From Trichinella spiralis (lineage: Eukaryota): 64,000 nucleotides of DNA. Under the pieces are notes generated by a model that was given only the letters and a program-made list of their open reading frames with translations, searched no databases and was not told the origin of the DNA. Positions 26,485-41,800 of this stretch are shown one piece after another (the first letter of the stretch is position 1; every line of letters begins with the position of its first letter). Location of the stretch: contig NW_003526941.1 in the NCBI RefSeq assembly GCF_000181795.1, positions 5,619,053 to 5,683,052 on the forward strand, in the 5' to 3' direction. Made by a program: the position numbers and the translations under genes.

Positions 26485-29400
26485 TCACATCGTGTCTCCA
26501 GAAATAATCCAAAGTGTCTTCTTTTGCTCATGTTCAACAGTGCATGCAATCTGTTGGCAAATATGTTTGATACTATGATGCGGTCCATGTATTGTCGCTG
26601 AAATGAAAATATACCACACGTTGTAGAGGTAGCAATAAATTTATAAAATTAAAAAGAACAGAAAATGACGAACCAGAAAATAAATGATGACATTCTGCTT
26701 CAACTTTTGCAGCATTTTCGAACATCTCTTTCGCCTGTTTGCTACTTAATCGATCGTCACATAATTCTCTAAAGTAACCGAAAAATTGTTTGGCGAAGAT
26801 GTAAATTTCAACTGTCTCATAAGAACAAAAAGAACAATCAGTTGTTTCACAAGAACAGTATTTAGAATACGTAATTGCAAAATGAAAAAAAAACAATTCA
26901 CAAATCATACTTGATCTGTTTGAAATTCTTAAATTTGACAAATATGACGACGGGATAAATTTGTAAGCGATGCAATCTTTCAATAGCCAACGGATTGACG
27001 TGCAAAATACAGTGATAGCCCTGTAAAGTGAATTGTAAATTTAAATAAAAAAAAAGCAAAAAGACAATGCATCCATCACTTTGTCAATCAAATCTTTCAC
27101 CACTGCAACTCGTGTAATTTCGAACAATTTGTCACGTTTGCGGTAGTCGACATAGAGATTTTGCAAAAGGCCTTGCTCAAGAGCAGGAACAGGCATGGGT
27201 TTCACGCATTCTTTTAAAGAAAACAAATATTATTATAAAAGGATAAATAATTTCAACACAACAATTGCAACAAAGAGACATGCAGTTGAATTGCAAATCT
27301 TGAAATTCACTACACTACCTGGAACACACTGAACAAACATTTTCGGATAATCTTCTAGCAATTTGGCAACAATTACGTCAACTAATGTCCCAAGCAGTAG
27401 CAATGGACGTTTTTGCTTGTCTAAATATGAATAAATTTGTAAAGGCCATTCAATGTTAATCAAATAAGCATAAAAGTACAACAAGTGAAGAAAGATTGTA
27501 TTATAATAAGAAATAAAATCGACAACATACAATCCAAACGTTCCACACGCTGATAGAGTTCATCAATGATGGTCGAATCGGATTCGAGATCTCGAGACTC
27601 TTTCGAAGGTGTGCGCTGATGACTGGACCTGGATGATCTGCGTATAAATTTCAGCGATCGTCGAATGGTACCACGCCTAGATCCACCTCCGCCTTCAGTG
27701 CTGGTTCCTTCAACGGTAGATATTTCAGAGCCACTTCTTTTGAATAAAAATTCTTCTTCAAGTCTGTATCAATCAATGAATATGGAACAAATGAACAAAA
27801 TTGTCCATCAATAATAATAATAATATTTCAATTCAAAATTTCATTCACCAACATTTACAAATAATGAATAATAAACACAACACCTGTTTTTGGATGGAAT
27901 GATGCCGCACGATCGTTCACGACCTTCCTGATCAACAAGCCATGCTCGCCAGAGGCCAGCGACACCGTTGAAAACGGTATTATCTACACGCAAAATGTCA
28001 CCAGAACGGAAGCTCAGCTCATCAGTGTTTTCGGCTTGACGATCGACAGTTACTCGCACGTAAAATGAATCCCCCGCGCCTCGTTTGCATTTCTGATATC
28101 CTAAAATGAAACCGAATCGAATAATAATAATAATGTTATTATTAATAATAATAACAACAACAAAAACATCGCACTCGAATCATTATACTGAACCAGCACG
28201 GATACTTCAGAGCCAACACTGCGCTGGCCAATTTCCATCAACGCCTGCTCCAAAGTTAGTTTACGGAAATTCACACCGTCGAACTGTGAAATGAAGAAGA
28301 AATTATCAAAAAGGAATTTTAAAAAGAAATAAATTTTCAACAAATTTTTATGCTGCGTTTCAGAACTGTGCAACTGACAAAACAGTGCTGTTACGAAACA
28401 GTGAAAATAATTAAAATCCATATTAATTTTTTACGTGGACGACATGTATAATAAATAAATACCTCAAGAATTTGATCGCCAGTACGCAGAGTGTCGGGTC
28501 CGACGACGCAGGCAACAGCAGGTTTGACATCGTCGACAAAAATACCAATCGCGTTACCGCCAATCAAAGTAAAACCCCAGTCGTCTGAGTCACGTTTCAA
28601 GAACACAAACCTTGGTTCATAGTGAACTGAACAATGACTTCCAGTTAATAATTCGTGGCTAAAATAAAAATGCAGATATGCATACAAATTCAGCGTCATT
28701 ATAATTGGATAAAAGTCGAATTTTTCAATACTAATTATAATACTATTAATATTATTATTGTGAATTAGCCAATTTACCTCTGGGTGGCACTTGTACTTTG
28801 CAAAGATGAATCTTGCGACATGAAAGCTTTCGAACCTTGCGTGGAAAGCATCGAACTCGGTGTGGCTCGGGGTGTACTGCAAACACTGTGGTAATCGGTC
28901 ATCTCGCGGGTGTATCTGTTTGGATTGTATTGGACCATCAACGTAATTTGCTCAGAACGACCGAGATGGCTGAGCACGTTGCTTGCGTGCTGAATGTTCG
29001 CACTACGCATGTTAATACCGCATACCTGAAAATTGAACAATACAACATAGTGGAAATTGAAATTAATATTATCAATTATCAGTTTCACCTCCAAAAGTTG
29101 GTCGCCCACTTGAAGCCCATGCCGCGCTGCCAAACTATTTTCACTAACTGACGAAACAAACACTCCATTGCCGCTGCTGGCAACGCTAATTCCAAGACCT
29201 TCATGACTGCTTCGTTTTTCAATGTGCAATGTGCGCACATCGCCTTTGATCAATCTTGAAAAATGAAATTTCCAAATTAATTAGACAATTAATTATTTTT
29301 TTTTCTTGTAATTTCCTACCTTCCTCCTCCAGATTGATTATTGTATTCGTCTGAAGAAAACGAATGAAGCGGTATCACGCGTTCCAGTTTATTGGAAACT

Positions 29401-32400
29401 ATAAAATAATAACAATAATAATAATATGCATTAAATTCAACGTTGCAGATGAATTCAATACCACGTTTGGTCCGCGAAAGACTGTGAATAGCAGGGTGAT
29501 AACGACCTGCATCAAGTCGATGCAAACTCTTCGACGAGCACTGCTGGTGGTCACCAGCAGCACTACCGAAAAGACCAGCAACTGCCGCCGCCCCACGTGA
29601 ACCGCTGCTCTGTGAAGCATAGGAACGTTGGTCGACGTCTTGATCGTGAATATGACTTGCCATTGGCGACTGATGATCGAATGCCAAACAAGGGGAATAG
29701 CGGTTGTTGTTGTTGCTGTTGGTAGTGTTGGTCACCACAGGCATCGCGTGTGCCACATGCAACTGGAGATTCGGTTTGAACATCATCAATGAACCAGGTC
29801 TGCCGTGATTGCCTTGATTCAAATGATTGCCATAATAGGCCAGATTCTGTGTGATAAAATTGATATTAAAATTGAAAAACTATTCGATCGATATTGGTGT
29901 TCGTTGCAAAATTTCCACATACTTTGTGCCCTGCAGCAGCGTGATGCAAAGGAGAAGAGGCGGCTGTGCTGTCCAAACTGAGACACTGAGGCGGTGAATC
30001 ATCACTTGGAGAAGATGAAGATGTGGAATGGATATTGCCGCCCACCAAAGGTGACATTGGGCGTGCGGAAAATTTTGAACCAATCAACGAATACTGACCA
30101 GATATAACTGAAGTCGGATGATAGCTGACTGGTCGAGCTTCAGTGGAACGTATTTTCGAGCTTCGTTTCGCAAACGTATTGCGAAGTCGGCTTTCGCTGA
30201 ACAACAATTTCATTATTATTTTTATTATATTAAATAAATTGTATTCAATTTAAAAACAATAAAAACTGACACTGCTGACTGCTTGTCGACAATTTTGCCA
30301 TGAAAAGCTTGAAGAGCACTTCGCCGTCCGGCAAATTTATCAGGTGCCGGTGCAGGGGCAGATGCCAGGGGTGGGGATGGTTCCACAGTGCCATTTGCCA
30401 CGTTTGCCATTTCAACACCGCTGCCATTGACATTGGGCTTGTACTTTGGCCACGTGCCTCCGCCGGAACGTTCACTGTTCATCACCCCGAGTAGTAGTGC
30501 TCTTTAAAAATCAAGCAAACAATTTACCACTCGACAACAACTGGGCAAATACCGTAAAAAACGAAGAAAGCAAACGCAAAAATAACAAAAAAAACATTAT
30601 TATTGCTTACTTGTTGTTGTTGTTGTTGTTGTTCTTGCTGTCACATTCTCGTTCTGAAGCTTCTAAAATACTGTCCAATTGTTGGAGCACTTGCTGTTCA
30701 GCAGTGACTCCTCCTTTGCTGTTACTGCGATCAACTACCGTATAACAACTATATACAGAACTTGGACGAGCGCGTCGGTCAGAATTTTGACCATTATGCC
30801 AACGTTTGCTTGATTCACTTGAACACATACAAAAAAGAATATCAAATTAACCAACCTAAAAGCAAACAATATGATCAAACTTCGGTGTATCCGTTGTATC
30901 GATTGGCACGGCAGCCGCGGCACGTACGGTTGCTTTCCGTTCACTACGACCAAAAATTTTGTCGTGCATCTGAAATAAATATTTCTCCAGTGAAAATTGA
31001 ATTTGATTGAAAAAAAAATAATAATAATAAACCACCAACTTTGTCAAACAGACTCTCGTATTTTTTCACCGGAGCATGGGTTTCAGTGACAACAAAAGAA
31101 ACTTGTACAGCAAAATCACGTTTCTGTTTAGTAACAACAACAGCAGCAGCAGCAGCAGCAGTGGATTGACAGTTGGCACAAGAATCCTGATGCTTCATTT
31201 GTGCAGAAGAGGAATGCAGTGATGTTTGGAATGGGAACGTCGAAGAGGACGGTGTGATCGGTGACATCACCGGCGGACTCTTCACCACCGCCAGGACCAA
31301 ACCGCAGCCGTTGAAACTGCGCACCAATTCTTCAACCGTAGACGCGGATCGATTCTCCACAGGCACGTCGTTAATCTGATCACGCAAAACAAAGAAAAAA
31401 AACCAACTTTGTAAGCAGTGACAAAAAATAAACTGCTAATAATTTTTAAATTTTATTTTAATTACATAAACCAATCGATCGCCAACGGCCAAATGGCCAG
31501 CTTTTGCCGCTGCTGAACTCGTTTTAATCTTGCTAACGTACACGCCATCTTCAAATACAATACCAACATCTGAAAACACAAACAAGAAATTAACAAAAGA
31601 AAGAAAGAATGATTTCAACGGTACAATAAATATAAGAAATTGAAAAAAAAATAAAGCAATATTTGGATAACTCTACCTCCATCTGATGCAGCTGCCAGTG
31701 GGACGGATATCAACTTCATACCAACCAATCGTCGACGTTTGATCACCTATTTATTTTATTGATGATCAATCAGATCAATGAAACACAAAAATGACAGACA
31801 ATAAAAATAAGAAAAGAAAAATATAACAATCATTTTATTTATTTATTTATTTATTTATTACACCCTGAAGTATAATGAAAAAAACAAAACAAAAAAAAGA
31901 GAAAATCATTTACCATTTTCACAGCACTGCTGTTGCGCAATATGTCCATCACTGAACGACGTTCCATCAACGAGACGTCAATATTATTCACCATCATGAT
32001 ACAATCGTATGTCCTGTTGAATGGAAAAATATACAAAAATTTCATATCATCACGTTTCTTGTTGTTCATCGTGTTCAAAATAAAAAAAAATTAAGAAATT
32101 AAAATATAAACTTCAATTCACCTAAGAACGCCATCCAGACGGCTACCAACGGCAACGGATGTGACATAAATTGGCACCAATTGTCCGAATACAGGATCGT
32201 CTCTCCCTCCGCGTAATTCCAGGCCGAGATCTTCATTTTTCTGAGCACCATTCTAATAAAAAAGATGAATTTATTTTTACAAAAAAAAACAGATCCAAGT
32301 TTTTACAATTACCATATTCAATTCCAAAGTTTCCACCTCCCACTCTGCCATGTCTGCATCGATGGCCGAGTCGTGACTATTGCTCGGTGTTGATTCGACA

Positions 32401-35400
32401 TTCGTGACACGTCGTTCGTCCATTTCAATTTTTTCTCTATTCAACAAGTAGCAATAATTAATTTTAAAAAAATATAATGTTAATTATTTTAATAAAATTT
32501 GCATACTTGATTTTTCGAATTTCTCGTTCAGCTTGATCTTTCTGCCTCATAATTTCGTCAGAGTCTCGAATGGCAACGGCTAGACGAGTGATCGCGTCGT
32601 CGCGTTCTTTTCTCAAATTGTCGCACATCGACCTCATGCTTTCACGTTCAGAAACAATTCTCTGCCTTTCGCCCAATGCCCAGTCGCGTTGCTGTTTCGC
32701 CGCTTCCACTTCTTGTCGAACTACTGAAAAATTGTACAAATAAATAAACTGTCATGCACATAAAACAACAATATATATATATGTATACATACAAGTAAGC
32801 TCTTCGTCTAGACCGTCGGCCAGACGCCTCAATTTGTCGTAATCAGCGTCGGCACATCGTCCAACGGCAGAATTTGGAGTAGTGGTCGCGTTGGTGGTGG
32901 AAGTCAATTCAGAGACACTTTCTTCGCTGGTGATGCTCTGGTCAGGGTCCATGTAGGGATTCATGCCGTTGTCAACAACGGCGTCCACTTGCCTCATCTG
33001 ACGTCCACTGGCAGTGGCGTAAGCGCTGGCGACGGCCAGCAGCCGGTCCCGGAGCTGTTCGTCCCGAGCTTTCAACTGCTGCTGCAACGCGTCACGCTCT
33101 TGGCGTACGGCTTCAATTTGCGCCTCGACCGTTTTCAATTGTTCAATCAACGCGTGACGGTCGCTTTCACTGCTTTTCACTTTTTTCAACAAATTGCCCT
33201 TCTCTTCGGACAAACGTTCATTTTCTTTCAAAACCGAATCCCGCTCCGACATCACGTGACGATATTCGGACAAAACACCATCATGTTGACGCCTGAGAAC
33301 TCGCATCGCTTCTTCGTGCTTTTGTCGAACGTTCAAATTTCTACAAAAAAACAACAACAACATTTTACATCCATTCACAACTTGCCACCAGATTTGTGAA
33401 AACTAACCACATACGATCCAATTTTCAATCACTCCTCCCCTCCTCCTTCGAAACATAACCTTCTGATATAACAATAAACCAAGCAAACTGAATCTGCACA
33501 TAATTAATTGCATGCATACGATTCAACAACAAATGTTATATCAAAATATATTTTTTTTCTCGAACAAACTTTTCAACTCTTGCCAAAGTTCCTCATCGAC
33601 AAATGAAGCCATGGAACGAACGATGATGCAACAACAGCTAAAATCTTTTTTAAAACTTCAATCTCAATCGCAGTTGGTACTATTCCATTTTTCACCTGCT
33701 TTTATTGACAAATTCAGTGAAACCATATCAACGAATGTGAAATGAAAAATGGTTGAAATGAATTTCAAATTGAATATGCAACAAACAAATCCATGCAACG
33801 TGTACACTAGCACTCTCGTGAACAGACAAAGAAACAGAGAAAAAATTCCCACTAAAAAACTTAAAATTTTTTACATACAATACATTTTCTACAGCTCTTC
33901 ATTATTTATTCATTTGTTCAATCAACTCGACCAACCATGCATGATGGCGAACTTCAAATCAAACGACAACCATCTTCTATGTTCGATGATAACAGTTTAG
34001 TAGAAAGAGATGCAAAAGAAATGCGTTCTTTTTCTACTCATCCATAATCATCAAGTCAGTTACATCATTATCATCCATTATACCTGTTCTGATTGAACTG
34101 AAAACTGCAATCCTCAAATGAGAACCAACCCGAGCAATTGCTAAAGCGAAGCAAGCAGTCAAGTCAATAATATACTAAATCGAGCTTCTGCAAAAGATGA
34201 ATTTCATATAAATCACTTTCGAAATGACGTTACCTGCCCCAGATGAACACCGTCATAATTCCATTACTCAGGTGTGTATCTTTGTAGAAAATGAAAAGTG
34301 CAATTTCAAATTCAACCATATCACTACTCGAAATGTAAAGAATTGCAGTGCAAAAATGAGAAATGAAAAAAAATCAATCAATCTTCTTCATCTCTACTTA
34401 ACCAAGCAAACGAAATAATATAATTCTCTCTCTCACTTTCACTTTCGCTGAATATTAAAAATTCATCAAACATTAATAACATCCCTCAACTCAAAAAAAA
34501 ACAAGATAACCTCAAACAACACTAGTCACAGCAGAAGAACACTATTACATTAGCATTACAACAATGGTATAATAATAAGAGAAGAAAAAAGTAGTTGCAC
34601 ACGCACCTGGTCATATCTCCGCATAGATCTTGCAATTGTTGCTTGAGCATGTCGTTTTCGCTCCGCAGTATGTCACGTTGTTGGGCAATTTTGTGCAACT
34701 GTTGGTACAAGCTCACTTGACATTCTTCGAAAGAGCTAATTTTCAGCCTGTGCTGTTCCAGATCACGTTCCCGCCCAGCCCGAATGTGCCTGCATTCATC
34801 TTGGGCAAGTCGCAACGCGCTTCCCAATTCAACCGTTTCAGCTTCCAACAATCTGCAGCGGTCTTTCAAGCCGGCAACTTCAGCACAAGCTTGTTCGTAT
34901 TCCACCATCAGTGTGCTTGCAATCAATTGTTCATGCTTCTGTAATTGTTGTTGTTGTTGTTGTTGTTGTTGCTGCTGCTGCTGCTGCTGTTGTTGTTGTT
35001 GTTCATGATCTCGACGACGCTGATGATGATGATAATGTCGATGATCCTTGTTGTCAATTTCCGCATGCTGACGTCGTAAATCGTCCAATTCCGCTTGACG
35101 AGCTTGTAATTGCAGTTGCAATTCCATTGCTTGACGTTCAGCAAGCTGCTTCTGTTGAACAAGCAGTTCGACGTCGCCTTTCGACTTCACCGCCTCTAAA
35201 CGACAATCGTGCAATTCCATTTCCAGACGTTCCTTGCTAGCTCGACAACAGTCGAGCTCGTTCAACACGTCCTGATATTCCAAAGTCATCAGCTCGTGCT
35301 TGGATTGCAGTTCGCACAATTCACGCTGCACGTCGTCCAATTTAACCCGAAGCAAAGTGAGCTCAGGTCCGGCACCTGCCACCGACCATCGCTTGTTCTG

Positions 35401-37234
35401 CACGTTGGCCACTACTGTAGCCAACTGGCCGACGGACATGTCCAAATCACGCTGTCCCAAAGAAGCCGACGCTGAACCGCCGCCCACCGTCACTCCAGTC
35501 AGTCCTGCCCCCGACGACAAACCACCGCCCATGCCTACGCAAGCGCTGGAACGCATTTTCGGTATCGTATCACCGTGCGTGTAGGAACTGCTCGACGCGT
35601 GCCGATCCCGTCCCACGGGACTCCAAGAAAGCCACGGCATGCACAGAGACGGTGGCAATTCGTGCGATCGACCGAACTGTCCAAACGGCGGCAAACGCCC
35701 ACCACTGTGCCCACCCATCTGTTGGTATGGCGTTGCAGATTCAGCAGGCTCTTCTACCACGTCGTCGTCGTCGTCATCCCCTTCTTCTTCTTCTTCTTCC
35801 AATTCTTCCTCTTCCTGCTCTTGCACACTGGCCATCAACGCACAAGGGCTCAACTCGCGCTTGACCAGCACCGTTGCCGTGGACCTCGTCTCGGCTTGAC
35901 GACTAATTTCCAAATTCAAATTCGCCTCCTCAGCGTCACCAGTTTTGCGTTTCAGCTCTGGCTTGCTGTCAGCATCGGCTAACATCCCACTGCCGGCATC
36001 AGTGCCAGTCCCGAGAAGCTCATTGGTCGAATCGTTCGGCTGTTCAGACAACGTCCAGATACAATCTTGCGATTCCTCTGAGGCGGCGGTCGACGAATGA
36101 CACACCGCACCAGAGCAACTCTCTTCACCAACAGCAACGTCAACGTCACGAGCACCCAACTCGGTCACTGAAATAATAAAGCAAAATAATAGCACTACCT
36201 AACGATACTAAACTGAAAAATGTTCCACAAGCAAACAGATGATGCATTACGGCAAAAAAACCCAAACTGGTCAAACAACAAAACAATTTCTCAACATATA
36301 TTTTTCAGAAAAAAATACAAAAAAAAACATAATTATCAATACTGATTACTGTACTTATTATTATATTAGTAGTATTCAGGTATTAGATTTTTCATATTGC
36401 AATTTTCTTTTCCACCATTATTTTACTGTTATCTTCTTTTTGTTGATATATATACATAAAAGAGCACAAATGCTACTGCTGCTGCTGTTGCTGCTGGTGA
36501 ATAATAAAATTCCCCGCAGAACAGAAAATGATTGCAATCGTTGAACTTTGGAACAAATTTATCACAACTGCTTTTCAAAACAGGACATCCCACTTCCATC
36601 GGAAAGCAAAAACTAGATCATTTCATTTTTGGGAAAAAAGAAGAAGAAGAAGAAGAAGAAGAAGAATACATTTTTATATTTTATATAAATTTTAATAGCA
36701 AACTGACAACAACAACAACAACAATAATAATAATAAAAGTGGCATAATTCATCGCGTGATGAAAATTGATTCATTGTAAATGAAATCACGAAAATAATTT
36801 CCGGCAAAAATATGATCGAATCGAAGAAACAATGCGCGCAATTTTTTTCTTTTCGAAAAATAATATTCTTTCCACATTTACGACAAGTAATTTGAGGAAA
36901 AGAAAAAGAGAAAGAAAAATTAACAACGCCTTGACAATTATGCTAAAATAATGAAATAATTTCCATTCGATTTTTCACTGTGGGCAAAAATACAAATGAA
37001 ATGGGCAAATTTTGATCAAAACGTTCACTACAGCGACGAGAAAACAGTATTTGTAATTAAATTTAAATTAAAAAATAAACTTGTGAAAATCAACACTGCA
37101 TTTGCACAAATTTAGTCATTTTCGCTTACTGATTGAATGGAAATTATGGACAATAAATTATATATTTCGCAGGGTGCCTGCCACACCAGATTGTCGCAAT
37201 GAAAAATCACACAATTCAACAGTTGCGAGCATGC

Positions 37235-37265
<31 letters not shown>

Positions 37266-38842
37266 GCCGTTCTGCTATTGCGCATGCATTTATTGAATCT
37301 GAGAAATGGAAATTCGTCAATTATCAGAAGAGTATTATTTAATTTAATTTTCCAAATCAACCAATTTAATAAATGTCACTTACTTCTTGGTCAAAGATCG
37401 TGTGCAAAATACTTGAGCGTGAAATTTCAAATGTTGAACACAAATTTTTAAATTTCTGTCAACAAACTTAAAAAAATTCAATAATTCAGAAAAAAATAAA
37501 AGAAAAAATTAACATAAATTAAATTAGAAAAAGCAAAATAAAATCATAGGATAGAAAGGATAAAAGTTGTGAGGAAAATTGTCAACGGTGTTTGGTGTGA
37601 TAAAATTTATGCCAAATTAGAATCGCTGTAAGAGAAAAAGAGAGAGAGAGAGAGAAAGAGAGAACGATCGGTTGAAATCAATTTTTTGTCTTAATGCACA
37701 CGCACAAACCAACTAAATCGACAACTACATATATACATATATAGTTCAGCAGTTTCACGTATTAATTAACCTGGCAAAAGTAGAAAAAAATATATATATA
37801 TTTATCAGTCAAAGAGAATCAAAATCAAAAAAGTTATAAAATAGAATAAATAAATATGAAAATCAAATAAAATAACAAAGACTATTTCTTACTGGTAAAA
37901 AAATAAATTGAAAATGCGAATCACACTTGATGACACGGAAAACTAGTAAATATTGGAAATTGAGGAAAAAATAATAAATTCGATCAATTAAAAGCAAAAA
38001 AAAATATACGATGAGTCATGATGATAAAAATTACTGAAAAACAAAGAACAATTTGACGACCAATTGGCAAAATGTCTTCATTTTCCAACATGTGTGATGA
38101 CGTAATTATTCAAATAAAAATCAGTTTTTGATTGAAAAGCAAAAAATTAAAATATTTGCCACTAGTATTAAAAATATTTAAAAGAAAATAATAATATTCG
38201 AAACGAAACAATGATGACTGATGAATGTGATGATTGCATCATCATCATCATCACAAGAGACGAGAATTGATACTGGGCCGGTTGTTGCAATTGTCGACTA
38301 CAATAAGACTGAAAATTGCAATAAATTCTCTGACAGAAAATAGCAGCAACAATCAAAAAGATAGATAAATAAATATACATGTGAAAATGTTGTTGTTGTA
38401 CACAAGCATGCATATATATATATATGTACATGTACGTGTGACTATAAGCGCGAGCATTGCATCAGTGCAGTATTGGTCAATCTGGACATGTATATACACA
38501 TCGACGAAGAAGTGAAGGGGAAACATTAAAGCGTTAGCTAGTACAATTATAGCGCCGCTTGGACGATGTCAAACATGACGGCCAAGCTCAAATTGACACT
38601 CATTTCTGACATCTATCGATCAACGATCAACGTTCTGTCTGTCCCATTAAAATGGACAAGCTGAGAAAAAGTACGGATTTCCCGAAAAATATTTCTTACA
38701 TAATATATCATAAACTATACTCTTTTGTATTAATTAAAAATGTACATTAAATAGCAATTTTCTATTCCTTTAACTAGAATAGTATAACAAGTTAATTTTT
38801 ACCTTTTTCACTTGTCGATTGAAGGCACTGTGGATGTTCCAT
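26485..38842 (-). CDS. DLG5: Disks large 5-type MAGUK (coiled-coil, 4 PDZ, SH3, GUK). Exons approx: 38842-38803 (candidate start), 36167-34607, 33340-32793, 32723-32507, 32436-32313, 32252-32122, 32013-31914, 31746-31677, 31569-31466, 31375-31040, 30969-30881, 30817-30611, 30501-~30272, 30196-29923, 29846-29462, 29398-29320, 29254-29089, 29025-28778, 28658-28463, 28283-28175, 28100-27884, 27763-27531, 27420-27319, 27210-27080, 27020-26911, 26768-26674, 26597-26485
   Basis: DLG5-type coiled-coil motifs (VMSERDSVLKE, QRDWALGERQRIVSERESMRSMCDNLRKERDDA), GGTWPK motif, PDZ domains (GLGISV..GVFVSSVSENSLAARHGLQVGDQLLEV; GFTLIGGNAIGIFV), SH3 (ELSFRSGDILRVDNTVFNGVAGLWRAWLVD..CGIIPS) and GUK end (HCILHVNPLAIERLHRLQIYPVVIFVKFK..EQKKTLWI). 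The start exon MEHPQCLQSTSEK is phase-compatible but less certain. Confidence 0.9.
34945..35001 (-). repeat. Coding CAA/CAG repeat (19 Gln) in DLG5
   Basis: (CAA)4(CAG)6(CAA)9 in the coding direction. Confidence 0.95.
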
Positions 38843-41800
38843 CGATAAACAACGGCAGTATTTTCAAGTCATAACAACAATCTGAAACAAAAATAAATAT
38901 TAATTAAAAATTTTTTAATTCTACAAAAGTAAAAAATTCTTTTCCGAACACTGTGTGCAAAAGAGACAACAATTGCGCAATCTTGCTACACAAACACACA
39001 CACACACAAGTATGCTTAGAGACAACAAACACGCATACGCATGAAGAACACAATGCTACAGAAGTGGTGAAGCAATGCAACCAGTTTTCTTCCAAGAAAT
39101 GGTAGTGGTGGTAGTGATGATGACGATGATGATGATGACAATTTTCAACCGACTACTTTACAACGTGACTGTCAATCTGACCCCTGCGAATCAATGGCGA
39201 ACCCTTTCATTCTATCCAACTGTGACCCTATCGGTCACGGAAAACAACCCCTACCTACTGCTGTGCAGCTAAAAATTTTGAACAACTATTCATTGATAAC
39301 GTATATTATACATATATATAATTTCAGTCCGATTATGTTATTATCAGGTAGGTGAAATGGAAAAATTGTTTGAAAAAAAAAGTTCAATCAACAATTTTGT
39401 TATTCGCTATTTGCAATTTCAAATTCGTTATCCAACCTTCAGATATTTGCTAGAAAATGATAAGAAGAATAAGTGCTAGATGAAAAATGAATCTAGTCTT
39501 CAATTGTAAAAACTCTAGTTTAGTAGAAATTTCTGCTACTTCAACAAATAGTGCAAACAATGAACGAAAATCAAAATATCTCGACCATATCCAGCAGGCT
39601 TGTTCTCTTTGCAAACAATACTTGAATTTTCCATTCTCGAATCTCAATCAATCTTCAATACACTATACAGCTAGCGTTAAAAGTTTAAATAATTTTCAAA
39701 AGTTAAACTTTCTCCGTATGTGTGTGTGTGTTCAACAAAGTAGAAAAATCGTTCGAGAAAACTTTTCAACATTTTCAAAAACCGCTTCTGCCATTCAATG
39801 TGTAACAACAGCTCACTCATTCAACTTATCATGACCGGAGAAAAGCTAGTTCTAGAAAATCGAGCAAACTTTTCATCCACAACGTTAATAACAATTAATA
39901 TTTCACATATACAACAACAACAACAACAACAACAATACATCTTGACAACCAATTATTGGCATTTTTGACTATTGACTAAGCCGTTAAAAAATAATTTATT
40001 AAACATTATTCGAACAAATCGATTGATCCAGCAGCAGCATATTTTGAAAATTACAAAAAGTTAATAACAACATGTGAAAATAGATTCACTTTATCATTAA
40101 CACCTCATTAAGAATCAGTTTCTCGCTCAGCAAGATTGAAAAGCGTCCATTTCTTAAATAAATTGAAGCAAACAAATTAACCAAATTCCACTGGTTCATT
40201 ATTGAAAAATGCGCTAAACTGAATGCAATCAATAAGCAACAAAATATTGCGAAAATATAGCCAAAAATGCACAAGCACATTGATCAAACAGATTGCATTT
40301 TCAAATGACAACTAAGCTGATCTCATATTGATAATACAATATTCATGCGCATGCAATTATGAGAAATAGAAAAAATATATTAAACTCAATTTTGCCATTT
40401 TCTTTCCCACTGTTAAAACAAAATAATGAAAAATCATTTGAAAAATATCAAATTTCAAATCACTCTGCCTATTCAACCCTACTCGCCATTTAAGTACTGT
40501 AGCAAAGAGGAAAAAATTATACAATATGAAGAAAGACAAGAATTTTAACATGCAATAAATTTCAGTGCAACAATTATTAAGCTCAGAATGCAGAGCTGAA
40601 GTGAAGTGGAAAAGCTTGCAATCAAATATTGAGGGAAAAAAAGCAACACGGATGAAAGAGAAAATAAAAGCTATCGAGCTGTTGTTGATCGAGTAAACAA
40701 ACATTGGAAAAGAAATAAACAATGGTCATCATGGGTGGAGAAAGAAAATCAAAGTGGACAAAGTGACCAGCGGCGGTGGAGAAGGTGGAAATTGAACAAG
40801 GACGTCCAATGCTAGGAGACAATTGAAAGTTTGCAGATGAAGCCGACAAGTACAAAAATGGGCTAGAGCGAGCAGACGGACGACGCGTCCAACCGACTAT
40901 CAAAAGTCAGTCGGCCGGTGTGCATGGTCAAAGAACTGGTATTGCCGAGGTCGACTGTGTCTGTTTTGCGACAACTGTGCGCAAAATCTGACCAAGCAAA
41001 ATGATAATATTAAATAGGTGAAAAAGGAAAAAAATGGAAAGAACAAACAAAAATGCCTTTTCTATTGTATATAAATGGGAACAAAAATTGCCAGCCGAAT
41101 TAATATGTCATCGAAATGTGGAAATTGGAAAACAAATCACACCCATTCCATGGAAGAACAATACAACATGTAGTGCAAAATTATTTTAAAAAAAAACCAC
41201 TAACCTGTACCGAAAATGAACAACAATTTGAAAAGAGATCAACCGTCGCAGGTTCAATATTTCATACCAATTATGACAATGCAATCGACATTAAAAAACA
41301 CAAGTTACAAAATGAAATGAGAAAAAAAGTGTCATTCAGCTATTGGAGAATACTCGAATCAATGCGAAACTTCGACCGTCACTGCTTGCCCTCAATAGTT
41401 AAATTGAAAATTAACAGAAGAAAAAACACAAATATTAATAAAAGTATATGAGCAAATAAAATTTGCACAAAACCCACCGTGTGTCCATTGAAAACAATGT
41501 ACTGGTGAAGAAAGCAAAATAAAAAACAAACAAACAAGCATTCTCATTAGAAAGACCAACAACTTTCGTCAATGAAGCTAAATATTGATCAATCATCGAT
41601 ATTGTAACAAATGAATGTGTTTTATGTTGACTTGAAATTAACCGTTCTGTTGCTCGATGAGAAAAATAAACAACCACGAACAAAAGAAGCACCATTTTTT
41701 ACTGACAAATTTGATCAACGATTTGAATTTTAAACTTTCAAAATTAATACTTACAAAAGTTTCCATTTTCAAACCATTCTGAGAAATCAACAACAACGGG

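Noticed and set aside
34784..35240. Poly-Cys, poly-Val and poly-Asn ORFs
   Set aside because: Alternative readings of the DLG5 polyQ repeat
40860..40975. GC-rich patch with short inverted repeats (possible miRNA)
   Set aside because: Pairing is too interrupted for a pre-miRNA; likely a regulatory island upstream of DLG5
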